Source: Thermoanaerobaculia bacterium
Lineage (GTDB): Bacteria; Acidobacteriota; Thermoanaerobaculia; Multivoradales; UBA5704
NCBI GenBank assembly: GCA_044226625.1
Contig: JBGAGQ010000008.1
Location: 32,001 to 96,000 of the forward strand
Length of the DNA: 64,000 nucleotides
Direction of reading: 5' to 3'
Shown here: one piece after another, positions 18,901 through 28,231 of the stretch
Layout of the letters: every line of letters starts with the position of its first letter
Numbering within the stretch: the first letter of the stretch is position 1
Notes under the pieces: model-generated
Database searches by the model: none
What the model was told of the DNA's origin: nothing
What the model saw: only the letters and a program-made list of their open reading frames with translations
Position numbers and translations under genes: made by a program

Positions 18901-20643
18901 GAAGACCGGCTCGTCGCGATACAGGCCCGCCCCCATGTTCACGTAATGGTCGCCCAGGCCCGGCAGAAGGAACGCGATCGGCCGAGACCGCGCCACTCCG
19001 AGCCGGGTCGCGACCCGCTCGGGACTCGACCCCAGGAGGGCCTCCGCCGCATCGGCCGCGGTCGACGCGATCAGCGTCTTTCGATGCTGAAAGCGCTGGC
19101 GGCCGACGGTGAGCGTCCAGGCGACGTCGCCTAGATCGCGGTCCGGTCGTGCGGCCAGATCGTTTGCGAGCCTCGCGTGGGTCGCCTCGAGCGCCTCCGG
19201 AGTCGGGGCGGAGAGCACGAGCAGACGCGTCCTCTCGGGCGTCGTTTCGGCCGCGGGCCGCGCGGGGGCGGCCGCCAAGACCACGTGCGCATTGGTGCCG
19301 CCGAAGCCGAAGGAGCTCACCCCCGCATAGGCCGGCCCCGGACGATCCGCCCGCTCCGGCCAGGGAATTCGCCGCGTGACGACCTCGAGCCGCAATTCGT
19401 CGAAAGGAATCAGCGGGCTCGGCGTTTGATAGTTGAGAGTCGGCGGCAGCTCGCCGTGAGCGAGCGAGAGCGCTACCTTGATCAACCCGGCGACGCCCGC
19501 GGCGGTCTCCAGATGGCCGAAGTTGGTCTTGACCGCACCGATCCGGCAGGGGCGTTCCGCCGGGCGTCCCGGCGCCACGACCGCGCCGAGACCCTTGGCC
19601 TCGATCGGATCGCCGACGGCCGTCCCGCTGCCGTGAGCCTCGACGTAATCGACCTCGGAGGGAGCGATCCGGGCGCGCCGATACGCCTCGCGAATCACGG
19701 CCTCCTGGGCGCGCGGATTGGGCGCGGTGAGTCCGTTCGACCGACCGTCCTGGTTGACCGCGCTGCCGCGGATCACGGCGTAGACGCGATCGCCGTCTTC
19801 GAGCGCCCGGGAAAGGAGCTTGAGGGCGACCAGACCGGCGCCCTCGCCACGGACGTAACCGTTCGCCCGTGCGTCGAAGCTCTTGCACCGACCGTCCGGC
19901 GCCATCAGACCGCTCTTGGCCATCTCGATCGTCGGGCCCGGAGTTAGCAGGACGTTGACGCCGCCCGCCAGGGCGAAGGTCGCATCGCCGTCGCGAAGCG
20001 CCTGGCAGGCGAGATGGACCGCTACCAGGGAGGACGAGCAAGCGGTGTCCAGGGCGACGCTCGGGCCATGGAAGTCGAAAAAGTACGACAGGCGGTTCGC
20101 CGCGATCGAGAAGATCGTTCCGGGAGCGACGAAGGCGTCAATCGCGCTTGGATCGGCCATCTGGAGGCGCCGATAGTCGTCCATGAAGATGCCGACGAAA
20201 ATCCCCGCGGCGCTGCCCGCGAGGCTCTCCGGCGCGTATCCGGCGTCTTCGAGCGCCGCCCAGGCGACCTCCAAAAGGAGGCGGTGCTGCGGATCCATCC
20301 CCTCCGCCTCGCGCGGCGAGATCCCGAAGAACGACGCGTCGAACCGATCCACGTCGTCGAGGAATCCGCCCCATCGCGTGTTCATCTTGCCCGGTTTGGC
20401 GGGATCGGGATCGAAGAAGTCGTCGGCGCGCCAGCGCGCTTCGGGGACGACCGAGATCGCCTCCCGCCCTTCGGAAAGTAGGCTCCAGAAGGCCTCGGGG
20501 TCCTTCGCCCCCGGAAATCGACAGCCGATGCCGACGATCGCGACCGGCGCAGGATCGGGCGCTTGCTTTTGCGCGAGACGCTCGCGCAGCAGCGCCCGCT
20601 CTTCGGGCCCGAGGGCTTCCAGCCGAGACGCGAGATCAGCCAT
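15931..20643 (-). CDS. Type I PKS module KS-AT-KR-ACP
   Basis: Likely start MADLASRLEAL at 20643. DTACSSS, HGSGT, NFGHLE (KS); GYSLG and HAFH (malonyl-type AT); TGGLGEVG and YVAAN (KR); FFELGGQSL (ACP). No DH motif seen. Confidence 0.95.
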   Translation of the reverse strand: MADLASRLEALGPEERALLRERLAQKQAPDPAPVAIVGIGCRFPGAKDPEAFWSLLSEGREAISVVPEARWRADDFFDPDPAKPGKMNTRWGGFLDDVDRFDASFFGISPREAEGMDPQHRLLLEVAWAALEDAGYAPESLAGSAAGIFVGIFMDDYRRLQMADPSAIDAFVAPGTIFSIAANRLSYFFDFHGPSVALDTACSSSLVAVHLACQALRDGDATFALAGGVNVLLTPGPTIEMAKSGLMAPDGRCKSFDARANGYVRGEGAGLVALKLLSRALEDGDRVYAVIRGSAVNQDGRSNGLTAPNPRAQEAVIREAYRRARIAPSEVDYVEAHGSGTAVGDPIEAKGLGAVVAPGRPAERPCRIGAVKTNFGHLETAAGVAGLIKVALSLAHGELPPTLNYQTPSPLIPFDELRLEVVTRRIPWPERADRPGPAYAGVSSFGFGGTNAHVVLAAAPARPAAETTPERTRLLVLSAPTPEALEATHARLANDLAARPDRDLGDVAWTLTVGRQRFQHRKTLIASTAADAAEALLGSSPERVATRLGVARSRPIAFLLPGLGDHYVNMGAGLYRDEPVFRHSFDRCAELFRPHLGLDLRAVVFAVDEGAPTAAAGGLDLRRLLRRGGTPLAADSPLARTEIAQPAVFAFEIALAALLASWGIRPAAVLGYSLGEYTAACLAGVFSLEAAVALVAARAQAIAELPMGAMLAIPLPEAEARGLLRGELGLAAVNGPALSVLSGPVEGIEETEAELTRRGTSSSRIPTTHAFHSRSLVPAAERLAALVRTTPREEPRIPILSNLTGRRLTAHEATDPEYWARHMCETVRFADGLAGLSEEGSPILVEVGPGFGLSSLAKLQGGDAPVDAIPTVRNAADGRKDRDFLLGALGRIWLAGGEVDLRTGFAGERRGRVSLPTYPFERKRYWHTARQPNLAPVGEAGRPDPPDDRFWVPVWKQSPRPLPRSGPKRTLVLSMGPFGRSLADRLAAAGDEVALAEARLEGVGGTGLGVVPGEAASYERLLEALPWTPERVVHLWLAEPIDHGGRRDLNDLNDLNDLYLGDEARFARAQEWGFLALVYLARALGSRRAQGVEVVVVTEGVEAVAAGDRTDPDKATVRGALRVVPQEYLGFALRAIDIDRSGSADLVGRLAREVGSGAEETSVAYRGGQRWVEVHERIRFPPSTAEDLPIRPGGVYVVTGGLGEVGSQLAEGLATSGPVQLVLLGRTEMPTVEERDRRLAEAKAGDPALARLARWARLEHLGARVEPIAVDVADERALAAALADVRSRLGPISGVIHAAGTTSVESLRYVAELGPADCAIHDRSKVRGTRALAKALGADEPDWVVLCSSISTVVGGLGFASYVAANSFLDAFAAAQCQAGKRWLAIDWDTWRGEAGSRITGVTNASLALAADEGREAFSRALQLFQGPRLVISVGDLERRIDQWIRLSTTRTTEGAEPERHERPTLATAFAEPRGEVETAICEIWQRLLGIQRVGRDDDFFELGGQSLIATQLFARLRERFGVDLGLRSLFDAPTPARLAAAIEAFLWLRDEPAAPLSGALPGAMVEGEL
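17470..17502. repeat. 9-bp tandem repeat (AGATCGTTG x3.5) within the PKS, encoding DLNDLNDLNDL
   Basis: Directly visible: g agatcgttg agatcgttg agatcgttg agatc. Confidence 0.9.
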
Positions 20644-23600
20644 CGACGTCCCGCGTTTCGCCCTCCGTCGAGAGCAACCGCAACATTTCATGCTCGGGCA
20701 GGGCTTCGAGATCGCGGAGAAGCGCTTCGATCTCGCCGCCAGATTTCGCCGGAGCCTCGGCCACCGCCCGTTCGTCCTCGGCGAGGAAGGAGGCAAGCGC
20801 CTCGATCGTCGGATGCTCCCAAGCCGCGATGCCGTCGACTTTCCTACCCAGCCAGTCAGAAAGCTCCGCGGCGAGCCGTACACCGGTCACCGAATCGAGA
20901 CCGAGCAGGGCGAACGGGCGGCGGACGTCGACTTCCGATCCATACAGACCGACTTCTCGCTCGATCCAGGAGCATAGGTACGCCCGGATCGCCGCCTCGG
21001 ATGCGGCGTTCGCCTTCCGCGGCTCATGTGCGGCCACAGGTGCGGCTTTCGGTGTGGCGCTCCCGCCGGCCGTCGGCCGCTCCCTCGCGAGGAGCGGATC
21101 GAGCGCATGATCCTCGCCGATCCGGCCCCGATCGAGGTCACCGATCGCGTTCGCATAGGCGCCGATTTCCGCGGCGAGCTGCTCGCGATCCATCGCCTCG
21201 CCAGCGCCTGACCGGAGCTTCTCGATCGCCGCAGAGAACCGCCTTTCGGCCCAATCGCGGGCGAGCGGCCCGGCGTTTCGCGCCGCGGCGGCCAGCGCTC
21301 CGAACGCCGCGACCTCGCCCAGGCGGAAATGTCGGAAGCGGAGACTCGAGAGGCGATCGCCGAACGGTCCGGCCTCCGTCGAGCCACCGAGCTCCGCGGC
21401 GACAGCCTCGATGCGCTCCGCGACCGCCTCGCCCTCCGGCAAATCTCGGAGGAAGTCGAGCAGCTCTCGGGAGCCGCTCGCGACCACCGCCCCGAGATGC
21501 ATCGAGAGCGCCTCCGTCGGCCCCTCGAAGATCCGATAGACGCGGGCGTCGCGGAGCAGTTGGGGTGCCTCGTTGGGCTCGACGTAGCCCCGCCCGCCCA
21601 GGATCTGGACCAAACCGTCCGCGGCCTCCCAAAGCAATTCGGGCGCCGTGACCTTGAGCGCGAGGGTGATCTCCTGGAAGAGCGGACGCCCCTGATCGTA
21701 GTGGGCCGCCACCTGCGAGACCCACGCGGAGAGGGCGCCGATCGCGCCGGCGAGATCGGTCAGCCAAACCCGGGCGACCGGGTTGTCGATCAACGCTCCG
21801 GTGGCCACCTCTCGCCGTTCGGCGTAGCGCAACGCGAGCTGTGCCGCCCTCTTCATCCCACCGAGCGACAAGGCCGCAAGGCACAGCCGAGTGAAACCCA
21901 TCGCATCCTCGGCGACCTCGAAGCCTGCGCCCAGCTCGCCGAGCCGTCGGTCCGCCGCCACCGGCGCGCCGGTCAGCGACACGCGCGCCTGCGACATGCC
22001 GCGCAGCCCCAGGGTCAGTGACTCCGGGCCGACCTCGAGCCCTGGCGTCTCCGCCGGCACGGCGAAGCCAGAGATTCCGAGCGACGCTCCGGTCCGATCG
22101 TAGGTACGCGCAAAGACGTAGAGGACGCCGGCCCAGGCCGCCGATCCGATCCACCATTTCTCGCCGGAGAGCAGGAACTCGCCCTTTTCGTTCTCGACCG
22201 CGACCGTCGAAAGCGCCCGCGGATTCGAGCCCGCGCCCGGCTCGGTGAGCGCGAAGGCGGTGAGCATGCGCCCCCTCGCGAGCACGGGTAGGAGCGCCTC
22301 TCGCACTTCGGGGCGAGCGAAGCGCAGCGGCCGCAGGCCGAACGAGTTGTGTCCGACGACGAAGGTCGCCAGGGTGAGGTCGATCGCCGCCAGTTGCTCG
22401 AGCAGGCGCAGGGCTTCGGCCGCGGGAAGTCCAAGGCCGCCGTACCCCGCGTCCACCATCAGACCGAACAGGCCGCGCTCCCCGAGCTCCAGCACCACCG
22501 ACGGTGGAAACGAGCGTCTCTCGTCGATCAGCCGCGAGTCCAGGCGCCGCGGCGCCCAATTCCGCACCCAGGAGATCAACTCGTCGGCACGACGTCGGGC
22601 GACATCCGGCGCCGAGGCGTCGGGGTTTGCCGGAAGCGCCGGCCGCCCCGGCGGTGACGGCGAATCGGCCGCGTTCCACGTGTAGAGGGCTCCGGTGTTG
22701 CCCCCGAGGTGCTTCGCCTTCGCGGCGCCGCGCTGCAATTTTCCGCTCGAGGTCTTGGGCAGCGAGCGCGCCGGGACGAGCGTCAAGGCGTCCAACTGGA
22801 TCTCGTGGTCTTCGAAGACCTCGCGCCGTGCCGCATCGACGATCGCGGGATATTCATCGGGCGAGGTCTCCTGGGAGATCTCGCACATCGCGGCAACGCG
22901 CTCCTCCCCTCCTCGTTCGATCGAGAAGCTCGCGGCGCCGCCGGGCCGAAGGCGGGGATGGGAACGCTCGAGCGACTGCTCCAGATCCTGCGGATAGAGA
23001 TTACGCCCGCGGATGATGATCAGGTCTTTGACGCGTCCTGCCACGTAGAGCTCGCCGTCGGCGAAAAAACCGAGGTCGCCGGTGCGCAGGTAGGGTCCAC
23101 GACCGTCGGCCAAATGAGCTCCGAAAGTGTCTGCGGTCTCGTCAGGGCGCTGCCAATAACCTCGAGCGACCACGGAGCCGCCGATCCAAATCTCACCGAC
23201 ATTTCCCTCCGCCACCAGCTCGCCGCGCTCCGGATCGATCGCCAAGACCTCGATGCCGGCGACCGGCGGCCCGCATCCGACCAGCCGTCGCCCCCCCGGA
23301 AGCGGTCGCGCGGCGCCTCCGCGCTCGAGCGCCTGAGGATCGATCGCGAGCTCCGTGTACCGATGCGCTTCGAGCTTTCGCGTCGTGACCAGGAGCGTCG
23401 CTTCGGCAAGGCCGTAGGAAGGGAAAAACGCGGACGGACGAAACCCCTGGGCTCCGAAGGCCGCTTCGAATCGATTCAGGGTGTCCGCGCGCACCGGCTC
23501 CGCGGCGTTATAGGCTACTTTCCAAGACGAGAGGTCAAGCGACGCCTTCTGTTCGTCGGACACCTTTCGCAAGGCAAGCTCGTAGACGAAATTCGGCCCA

Positions 23601-24355
23601 CCGCTGTGGGTGCCGGAAAACCGCGATATCGCTTCCAACCAGCGGTTCGGCCGCTGCACCACGGCGGCGGCCGGCAACAACATCGAACGAAAACCCGTAT
23701 GGACCGGTTGAATCAACCCATGCACCAAACCATCGTCGTGGAAATGTGGAACCCACATCACCGCTCGACTGTTCTCGTCGTAACCCCAAGCCAATCGAAT
23801 GGCCTCGGATCCGACGACGAGATTGCGATGAGTGACGATGACTCCCTTGGGTTTAGAAGTCGAGCCGGACGTGTACTGCAAGTACGCGATCTCGTCGAGA
23901 TCCGGAAGGGGTTGCGGGTTCGGATCACGGTCCGCCGCTTCGGCGAGAAGGCGATCCGTGGCAAGCCACGACACGCCTGGAGCGATTTCCGACTCCGCTT
24001 CTCCCAAGCGGTCGGCCAAAGAACCCGGAGCGAGCCCGATCGACGGAGTGGCGGCGAGAGCGACCGAGCGGAGACGCGGCAGCGTGCGTTCGAGGCGCCT
24101 CGGATCTGGCGCCGGCAAGGGCACCGCAACGATTCGCGCCATCAAACAGGCGTAAAAAGCCTCGATGAAATCGAGCCCCGGCGGAAACACCAAGAGCGCC
24201 CGCTCGCCCGCAGACACGCGAGCGGTCAAAAGCTCGGCGAGCCGTCGAGCGCGAAGCTCGAGATTCGCGGCGGTGATCTCGGCGTTGACCTCGTTGTCAT
24301 CCCCAAAAAATCGAAAGACAGGCAACTTCGGCGCAATCACACCAAGATTACGCAA
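20636..24355 (-). CDS. Fatty acyl-AMP ligase - acyl-CoA dehydrogenase - ACP tridomain loading protein
   Basis: YLQYTSGSTSKPKG, PSYGLAEATL, LRTGDLG, LPKTSSGK (FAAL); FALTEPGAGS, GEKWWIG, GGRGY, IFEGPTE (ACAD); LGLDSV (ACP). The start may be TTG 24355 or CTG 24376. Confidence 0.93.
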   Translation of the reverse strand: MRNLGVIAPKLPVFRFFGDDNEVNAEITAANLELRARRLAELLTARVSAGERALLVFPPGLDFIEAFYACLMARIVAVPLPAPDPRRLERTLPRLRSVALAATPSIGLAPGSLADRLGEAESEIAPGVSWLATDRLLAEAADRDPNPQPLPDLDEIAYLQYTSGSTSKPKGVIVTHRNLVVGSEAIRLAWGYDENSRAVMWVPHFHDDGLVHGLIQPVHTGFRSMLLPAAAVVQRPNRWLEAISRFSGTHSGGPNFVYELALRKVSDEQKASLDLSSWKVAYNAAEPVRADTLNRFEAAFGAQGFRPSAFFPSYGLAEATLLVTTRKLEAHRYTELAIDPQALERGGAARPLPGGRRLVGCGPPVAGIEVLAIDPERGELVAEGNVGEIWIGGSVVARGYWQRPDETADTFGAHLADGRGPYLRTGDLGFFADGELYVAGRVKDLIIIRGRNLYPQDLEQSLERSHPRLRPGGAASFSIERGGEERVAAMCEISQETSPDEYPAIVDAARREVFEDHEIQLDALTLVPARSLPKTSSGKLQRGAAKAKHLGGNTGALYTWNAADSPSPPGRPALPANPDASAPDVARRRADELISWVRNWAPRRLDSRLIDERRSFPPSVVLELGERGLFGLMVDAGYGGLGLPAAEALRLLEQLAAIDLTLATFVVGHNSFGLRPLRFARPEVREALLPVLARGRMLTAFALTEPGAGSNPRALSTVAVENEKGEFLLSGEKWWIGSAAWAGVLYVFARTYDRTGASLGISGFAVPAETPGLEVGPESLTLGLRGMSQARVSLTGAPVAADRRLGELGAGFEVAEDAMGFTRLCLAALSLGGMKRAAQLALRYAERREVATGALIDNPVARVWLTDLAGAIGALSAWVSQVAAHYDQGRPLFQEITLALKVTAPELLWEAADGLVQILGGRGYVEPNEAPQLLRDARVYRIFEGPTEALSMHLGAVVASGSRELLDFLRDLPEGEAVAERIEAVAAELGGSTEAGPFGDRLSSLRFRHFRLGEVAAFGALAAAARNAGPLARDWAERRFSAAIEKLRSGAGEAMDREQLAAEIGAYANAIGDLDRGRIGEDHALDPLLARERPTAGGSATPKAAPVAAHEPRKANAASEAAIRAYLCSWIEREVGLYGSEVDVRRPFALLGLDSVTGVRLAAELSDWLGRKVDGIAAWEHPTIEALASFLAEDERAVAEAPAKSGGEIEALLRDLEALPEHEMLRLLSTEGETRDVDG

Positions 24356-24588
24356 GGATTCTATGACGGTGCGCAGAGTACCTTTCTCTCAACTAAGTGA
24401 AATTCATTCAAGCAATAGGCAGCACCTGGTTGGTTAGTGCGGTGAATCTGGGAAAGGGGGACAGCTCAGACATGAAGTCCCGATGAACGAACCGTTCCCG
24501 GGATCGTGCGAGGGAAACGAGGAATGGATTTCCAGGTATGATCCTCCGAGTGTCCTTTTGACGATCGTACGAATGGGAGCGCGACGAC

Positions 24589-27045
24589 GTGGAATCCATC
24601 CTTAGAGATTTGATCTACGCAGTTCGCGGGTTGGCCAAGAATCGCGGGTTCGCCGTCGCCGCAATTTCTTTGTTGGCCCTGGGGATAGGCGCCAACTCTT
24701 CGATCTTTACAGCAGTAAACGCCTTCGTATTGCGCCCTCTTCCCATCCGAGAGCCGGAACGAATGGTCGAGATCTATACCAGCAACATGGAAGGTAATCC
24801 CCAAGCGACGTCTTCGTTTCTCGACTATCAGGAGATCCGAAAACAGACCCATCTGTTCGAAGGGGTTACCGCTTATAGCCTCGCGATCACGACGCTCACG
24901 GTCGGCGGGCAGCCTCAGGTCATGCTCGGCGAGCTGGTGTCCGGAAATTACTTCGACGTCCTCGGGGTCAAAACGACCCTCGGCCGCCCCTTCCTGCCGC
25001 GTGAGGACGCGACCCCCGGAGCCTTTCCCGTGGCGGTGATCGGCCAAGGCCTCTGGCAGCGCCAGTTCGGTTCGGACCCCGGGGTGATCGGTAAGACCGT
25101 GACGATCGGAGGGATCGGCTTCACGATCGTCGGCGTGGCGCCGCCGCAGTTCAAGGGCATGATCCCCGGGCTGTCGACGGATCTATGGCTGCCGACGATG
25201 ATGCTTCCGCAGATCCGGACCGAGCAGCCGGAGGACCTCGATCGTCGAATGAACCGGGGCTTCTTTATCAAAGCCCGACTTCGCGACGGGGTCGACATCG
25301 AACAGGCTCGAGCCGGGCTGAAGGTCCTCGAGCAGCGTCTCGAGAAAGAGTACCCCGAGACCAACAAAGGCTTCCATTTCAGCGCGCTGCCCACATCCCA
25401 GGTCCATTTCCATCCGCGCGTCGACCGCGTTCTCGGGGCCGTGAGCGCTCTCCTCCTGGTCGTCGTCGGCCTCGTTCTCGTGGTGGCATGCACCAACGTC
25501 GCCAACCTGTTGCTGGCTCGCGCGAGCGCGCGGCAGCGCGAGATGGCGGTCCGGTTGGCGATCGGTGCGAGCCGAGGCCAGATCGTTCGTCAACTGCTCG
25601 TCGAGAGCACCTTGCTGGGCTTGCTCGGCGGCGGAGCCGGCCTGCTCCTCGCGCTCTGGCTCACCCGGATGCTCGCGAGCTTCCGGCCGCCTCTGCCGAT
25701 CCCGCTCTCGATCGACCTCTCGATCGATCTCCGGGTGCTCCTCTATACCTTCGGCCTGGCGCTCGCAACCGGGATCCTGTTCGGCCTGGCCCCGGCCCTT
25801 CGCGCTTCAAAGCCCGATCTGCTGGTGGCGCTCAAGAGCGACGACATCGCCATCGGATCCGGTCGACGCCGGTTCGAGCTACGCCGGATTCTGGTCGTCT
25901 CTCAGATCGCCCTTTCCCTAGCGCTCCTCATCGGAGCCGGCCTGTTCCTGCGCAGCCTGGTGCGCGCGCAGTCGTTGAATCCAGGCTTCACCGTCGACCG
26001 CGCGAGCGTCGCCTGGCTCAACGTCGGTGTCCAGGGCTATCGGGAGGAGAAAGGGCGCGCCTTCTATCTCCAACTGCTCGAACGCGCCAAGGGCCTGCCC
26101 GGCGTTCAGGTCGCGGCCTTGACCGACCGTTTGCCGCTCGACCTCGCCGCGCAGTCGACGGGAATCTACCGAGACGATCAGCCGATCACGGCCGAGACCG
26201 AAGCGATCGCGATCGATTTCGCCCGCACCTCACCCGGTTATTTCTCGGCGCTCGGAATTCCTTTCCAGAGCGGCCGCGACTTCACCATGGCGGATGGCGA
26301 GCGGGCACCGCTCGTCGCGATCGTCAGCCAAGCCGCCGCGCAGAAGCTCTGGCCTGGAGAGGACGTGATCGGCAAGCGCTTTCGCCGATCCGATCCCAGC
26401 GCGCCGCCGATCGAGATCGTGGGCGTCGTAAAGGACACCAAGGTGCGCAGCCTGGGAGAGCCGCTCCGTCCTTACCTATACCTGCCGTTCCTTCAGGCGT
26501 ACGAGCCCGCGATGCAGTTGATCGTGAGCGGACCGGGTGACGCGCGCCAACGACTGGGTCCCTTGAGGGACCTCGTCCACGAGCTCGACTCGAGCCTCAA
26601 TCTGTTCGCCGTCAAGACGTTGCGCGAGCACATGAGCGTGGCGCTCTTCCCGGTTCGGATGGCGGCGGGTCTCCTCGGGGCCTTCGGCGTTCTCGCGCTG
26701 ATCATCGCGTGCGTGGGCGTGTGGGGCGTCACCGCCTATGTCGTCGCCCAGCGCCGGTACGAGTTCAGCATGCGCATGGCCCTCGGCGCCGACCGACCGG
26801 ACATCCTGCGCCTCGTCATGCGTCAGGGCGTCAAGACGGTCGGTGTCGGCATCGCCCTCGGACTGCTCTTCGCCTTGGCCTTGGCGCCTCTCCTCGCCGG
26901 CTTCGTGGTGGGCGTCAGCTACTTCGATCCCCTCACCTTCCTAGTCATCCCGGTCTTGCTCGGAGGCATTGCGGTGCTCGCGGTCTACGTCCCCGGTCGC
27001 CGCGCCGCCGCGGTCGACTCGTCGAGAGTTTTGAGCTCGCACTAG
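24589..27045 (+). CDS. ABC permease, ADOP (acidobacterial duplicated orphan permease; MacB_PCD/FtsX x2) type
   Basis: 818 aa; LALGIGANSSIF, ACTNVANLLLARASARQREMAVRLAIGASR, RMALGA. No adjacent ATPase gene. Confidence 0.9.
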   Translation: MESILRDLIYAVRGLAKNRGFAVAAISLLALGIGANSSIFTAVNAFVLRPLPIREPERMVEIYTSNMEGNPQATSSFLDYQEIRKQTHLFEGVTAYSLAITTLTVGGQPQVMLGELVSGNYFDVLGVKTTLGRPFLPREDATPGAFPVAVIGQGLWQRQFGSDPGVIGKTVTIGGIGFTIVGVAPPQFKGMIPGLSTDLWLPTMMLPQIRTEQPEDLDRRMNRGFFIKARLRDGVDIEQARAGLKVLEQRLEKEYPETNKGFHFSALPTSQVHFHPRVDRVLGAVSALLLVVVGLVLVVACTNVANLLLARASARQREMAVRLAIGASRGQIVRQLLVESTLLGLLGGGAGLLLALWLTRMLASFRPPLPIPLSIDLSIDLRVLLYTFGLALATGILFGLAPALRASKPDLLVALKSDDIAIGSGRRRFELRRILVVSQIALSLALLIGAGLFLRSLVRAQSLNPGFTVDRASVAWLNVGVQGYREEKGRAFYLQLLERAKGLPGVQVAALTDRLPLDLAAQSTGIYRDDQPITAETEAIAIDFARTSPGYFSALGIPFQSGRDFTMADGERAPLVAIVSQAAAQKLWPGEDVIGKRFRRSDPSAPPIEIVGVVKDTKVRSLGEPLRPYLYLPFLQAYEPAMQLIVSGPGDARQRLGPLRDLVHELDSSLNLFAVKTLREHMSVALFPVRMAAGLLGAFGVLALIIACVGVWGVTAYVVAQRRYEFSMRMALGADRPDILRLVMRQGVKTVGVGIALGLLFALALAPLLAGFVVGVSYFDPLTFLVIPVLLGGIAVLAVYVPGRRAAAVDSSRVLSSH

Positions 27046-27122
27046 ACTCCGGGACAAACATCCCTCGATCGAGGGTACTCGCGGTGGCAATTCGGCAGAA
27101 CGACCGGCCACCTCGAGCACCC

Positions 27123-28136
27123 TCAGGCGCGGTCCGATCGCGACGCTCGGACGGCTTGGGCCTCCGCCGGCTTGCTCCCTCGGGCTCGTTGCACCACGCC
27201 GTGAGCGAGCTCTCCCAAATGGGCGCGGAGCTCCGGCGGTCCGAGCACCTCGATCTCCGGTCCGAGGCCGAGCAACATCAAGGCGGCTTGCTCCAAGGTT
27301 TCGAACGGGAGCTCCAGTCGCGCCCAGCCGTGGGCATCGGGTGCAGTGGCCCTCTCGACGGCGCGCGCCGCATAGTCCCCCAAGGCGGCGAGGCGCGCCT
27401 GGCCCAACACCGACGCGGCGAGGACCGCGCGTCCGGGCCGCAGCCGAACCTCGAAGCGCTCCAGCTCGCTGGCCCAGAAGGCGGGAAGATCGAAGCCCTT
27501 CGGGCGCGCGAAACCCTCCGGCTCGATCGCGAGCTCCAGGATGCTCGCCACCTTGAAGATGCGCGGCTTCCCGGCGCTCGCGGCCACCAGGTACCAGCTC
27601 CCCGCCTTCAGGACCAATCCCAGCGGCTCGATCCGCCACTGCCGGACCTGCGTCCAGCTCCGATAGCGCATCGAGACCACGCGTTGGTCGAGAACGGCAC
27701 GCGCGAGCTCCGGCAGACCCTCGGCCGGATCGGCCGCACGGTACCAGCCGACAGGGTCGAGGTGAAACCGCTCGCTCATCCGACCCGCTCCGTCGCGCTG
27801 CGATGGGGGCAGAGCCGCCATCAGCTTGCGGCGCGCGCTCGTCGCCGCCGGTCCCAGGCCGAGCGCCGCGGCGGTGTCGGGCAAGCCGGTGATGAATACC
27901 GCCTCGGCCTCGAGCGGGACCAGGCCCGTCAACTGTGTCCGATAGCCATCGAGAAGCTGAAAGCCGCCGCCAGGGCCGCGATCCGCCTGGACCGGGATCC
28001 CCGCCGCGCTCAGCTCATCGACGTCCCGGTAGACCGTGCGTTCGGAGACCTCGAGCTCCCTCGCCAGCTCGGCCGCGGTCAGCCGGGTGCGAGTCTGGAG
28101 AATGAGCAGCAGGGAGAGCTGGCGACCGGCGCGCAT
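27123..28136 (-). CDS. YafY/PafBC-like HTH-WYL transcriptional regulator
   Basis: MRAGRQLSLLLILQ...AELARELEVSERTVYRDVDELS (HTH_11), RGPGGGFQL, EPLGLVLKAGSWYLVA (WYL). Confidence 0.93.
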   Translation of the reverse strand: MRAGRQLSLLLILQTRTRLTAAELARELEVSERTVYRDVDELSAAGIPVQADRGPGGGFQLLDGYRTQLTGLVPLEAEAVFITGLPDTAAALGLGPAATSARRKLMAALPPSQRDGAGRMSERFHLDPVGWYRAADPAEGLPELARAVLDQRVVSMRYRSWTQVRQWRIEPLGLVLKAGSWYLVAASAGKPRIFKVASILELAIEPEGFARPKGFDLPAFWASELERFEVRLRPGRAVLAASVLGQARLAALGDYAARAVERATAPDAHGWARLELPFETLEQAALMLLGLGPEIEVLGPPELRAHLGELAHGVVQRARGSKPAEAQAVRASRSDRA

Positions 28137-28157
28137 GCGGGAGGATGCCCGAAGATT

Positions 28158-28176
28158 CCTGACACGATCTGACAGG
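28158..28176. promoter_or_regulatory. Candidate WYL-regulator operator (CCTGACA-N5-TGACAGG imperfect palindrome)
   Basis: One-mismatch inverted repeat in the 95-bp gap between the divergent WYL gene and the Tat-protein gene. Confidence 0.5.
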
Positions 28177-28231
28177 AATGGTGGCATACAACTCTCCGAG
28201 GACGAAATGCGGTTCCAATCCTGGAGAGACC

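Noticed and set aside
20636-22560. ACAD as an EpnF-type epoxyketone synthase
   Set aside because: It is fused between FAAL and ACP in the loading protein, which fits acyl-chain desaturation, and the second PKS module is internal rather than terminal.
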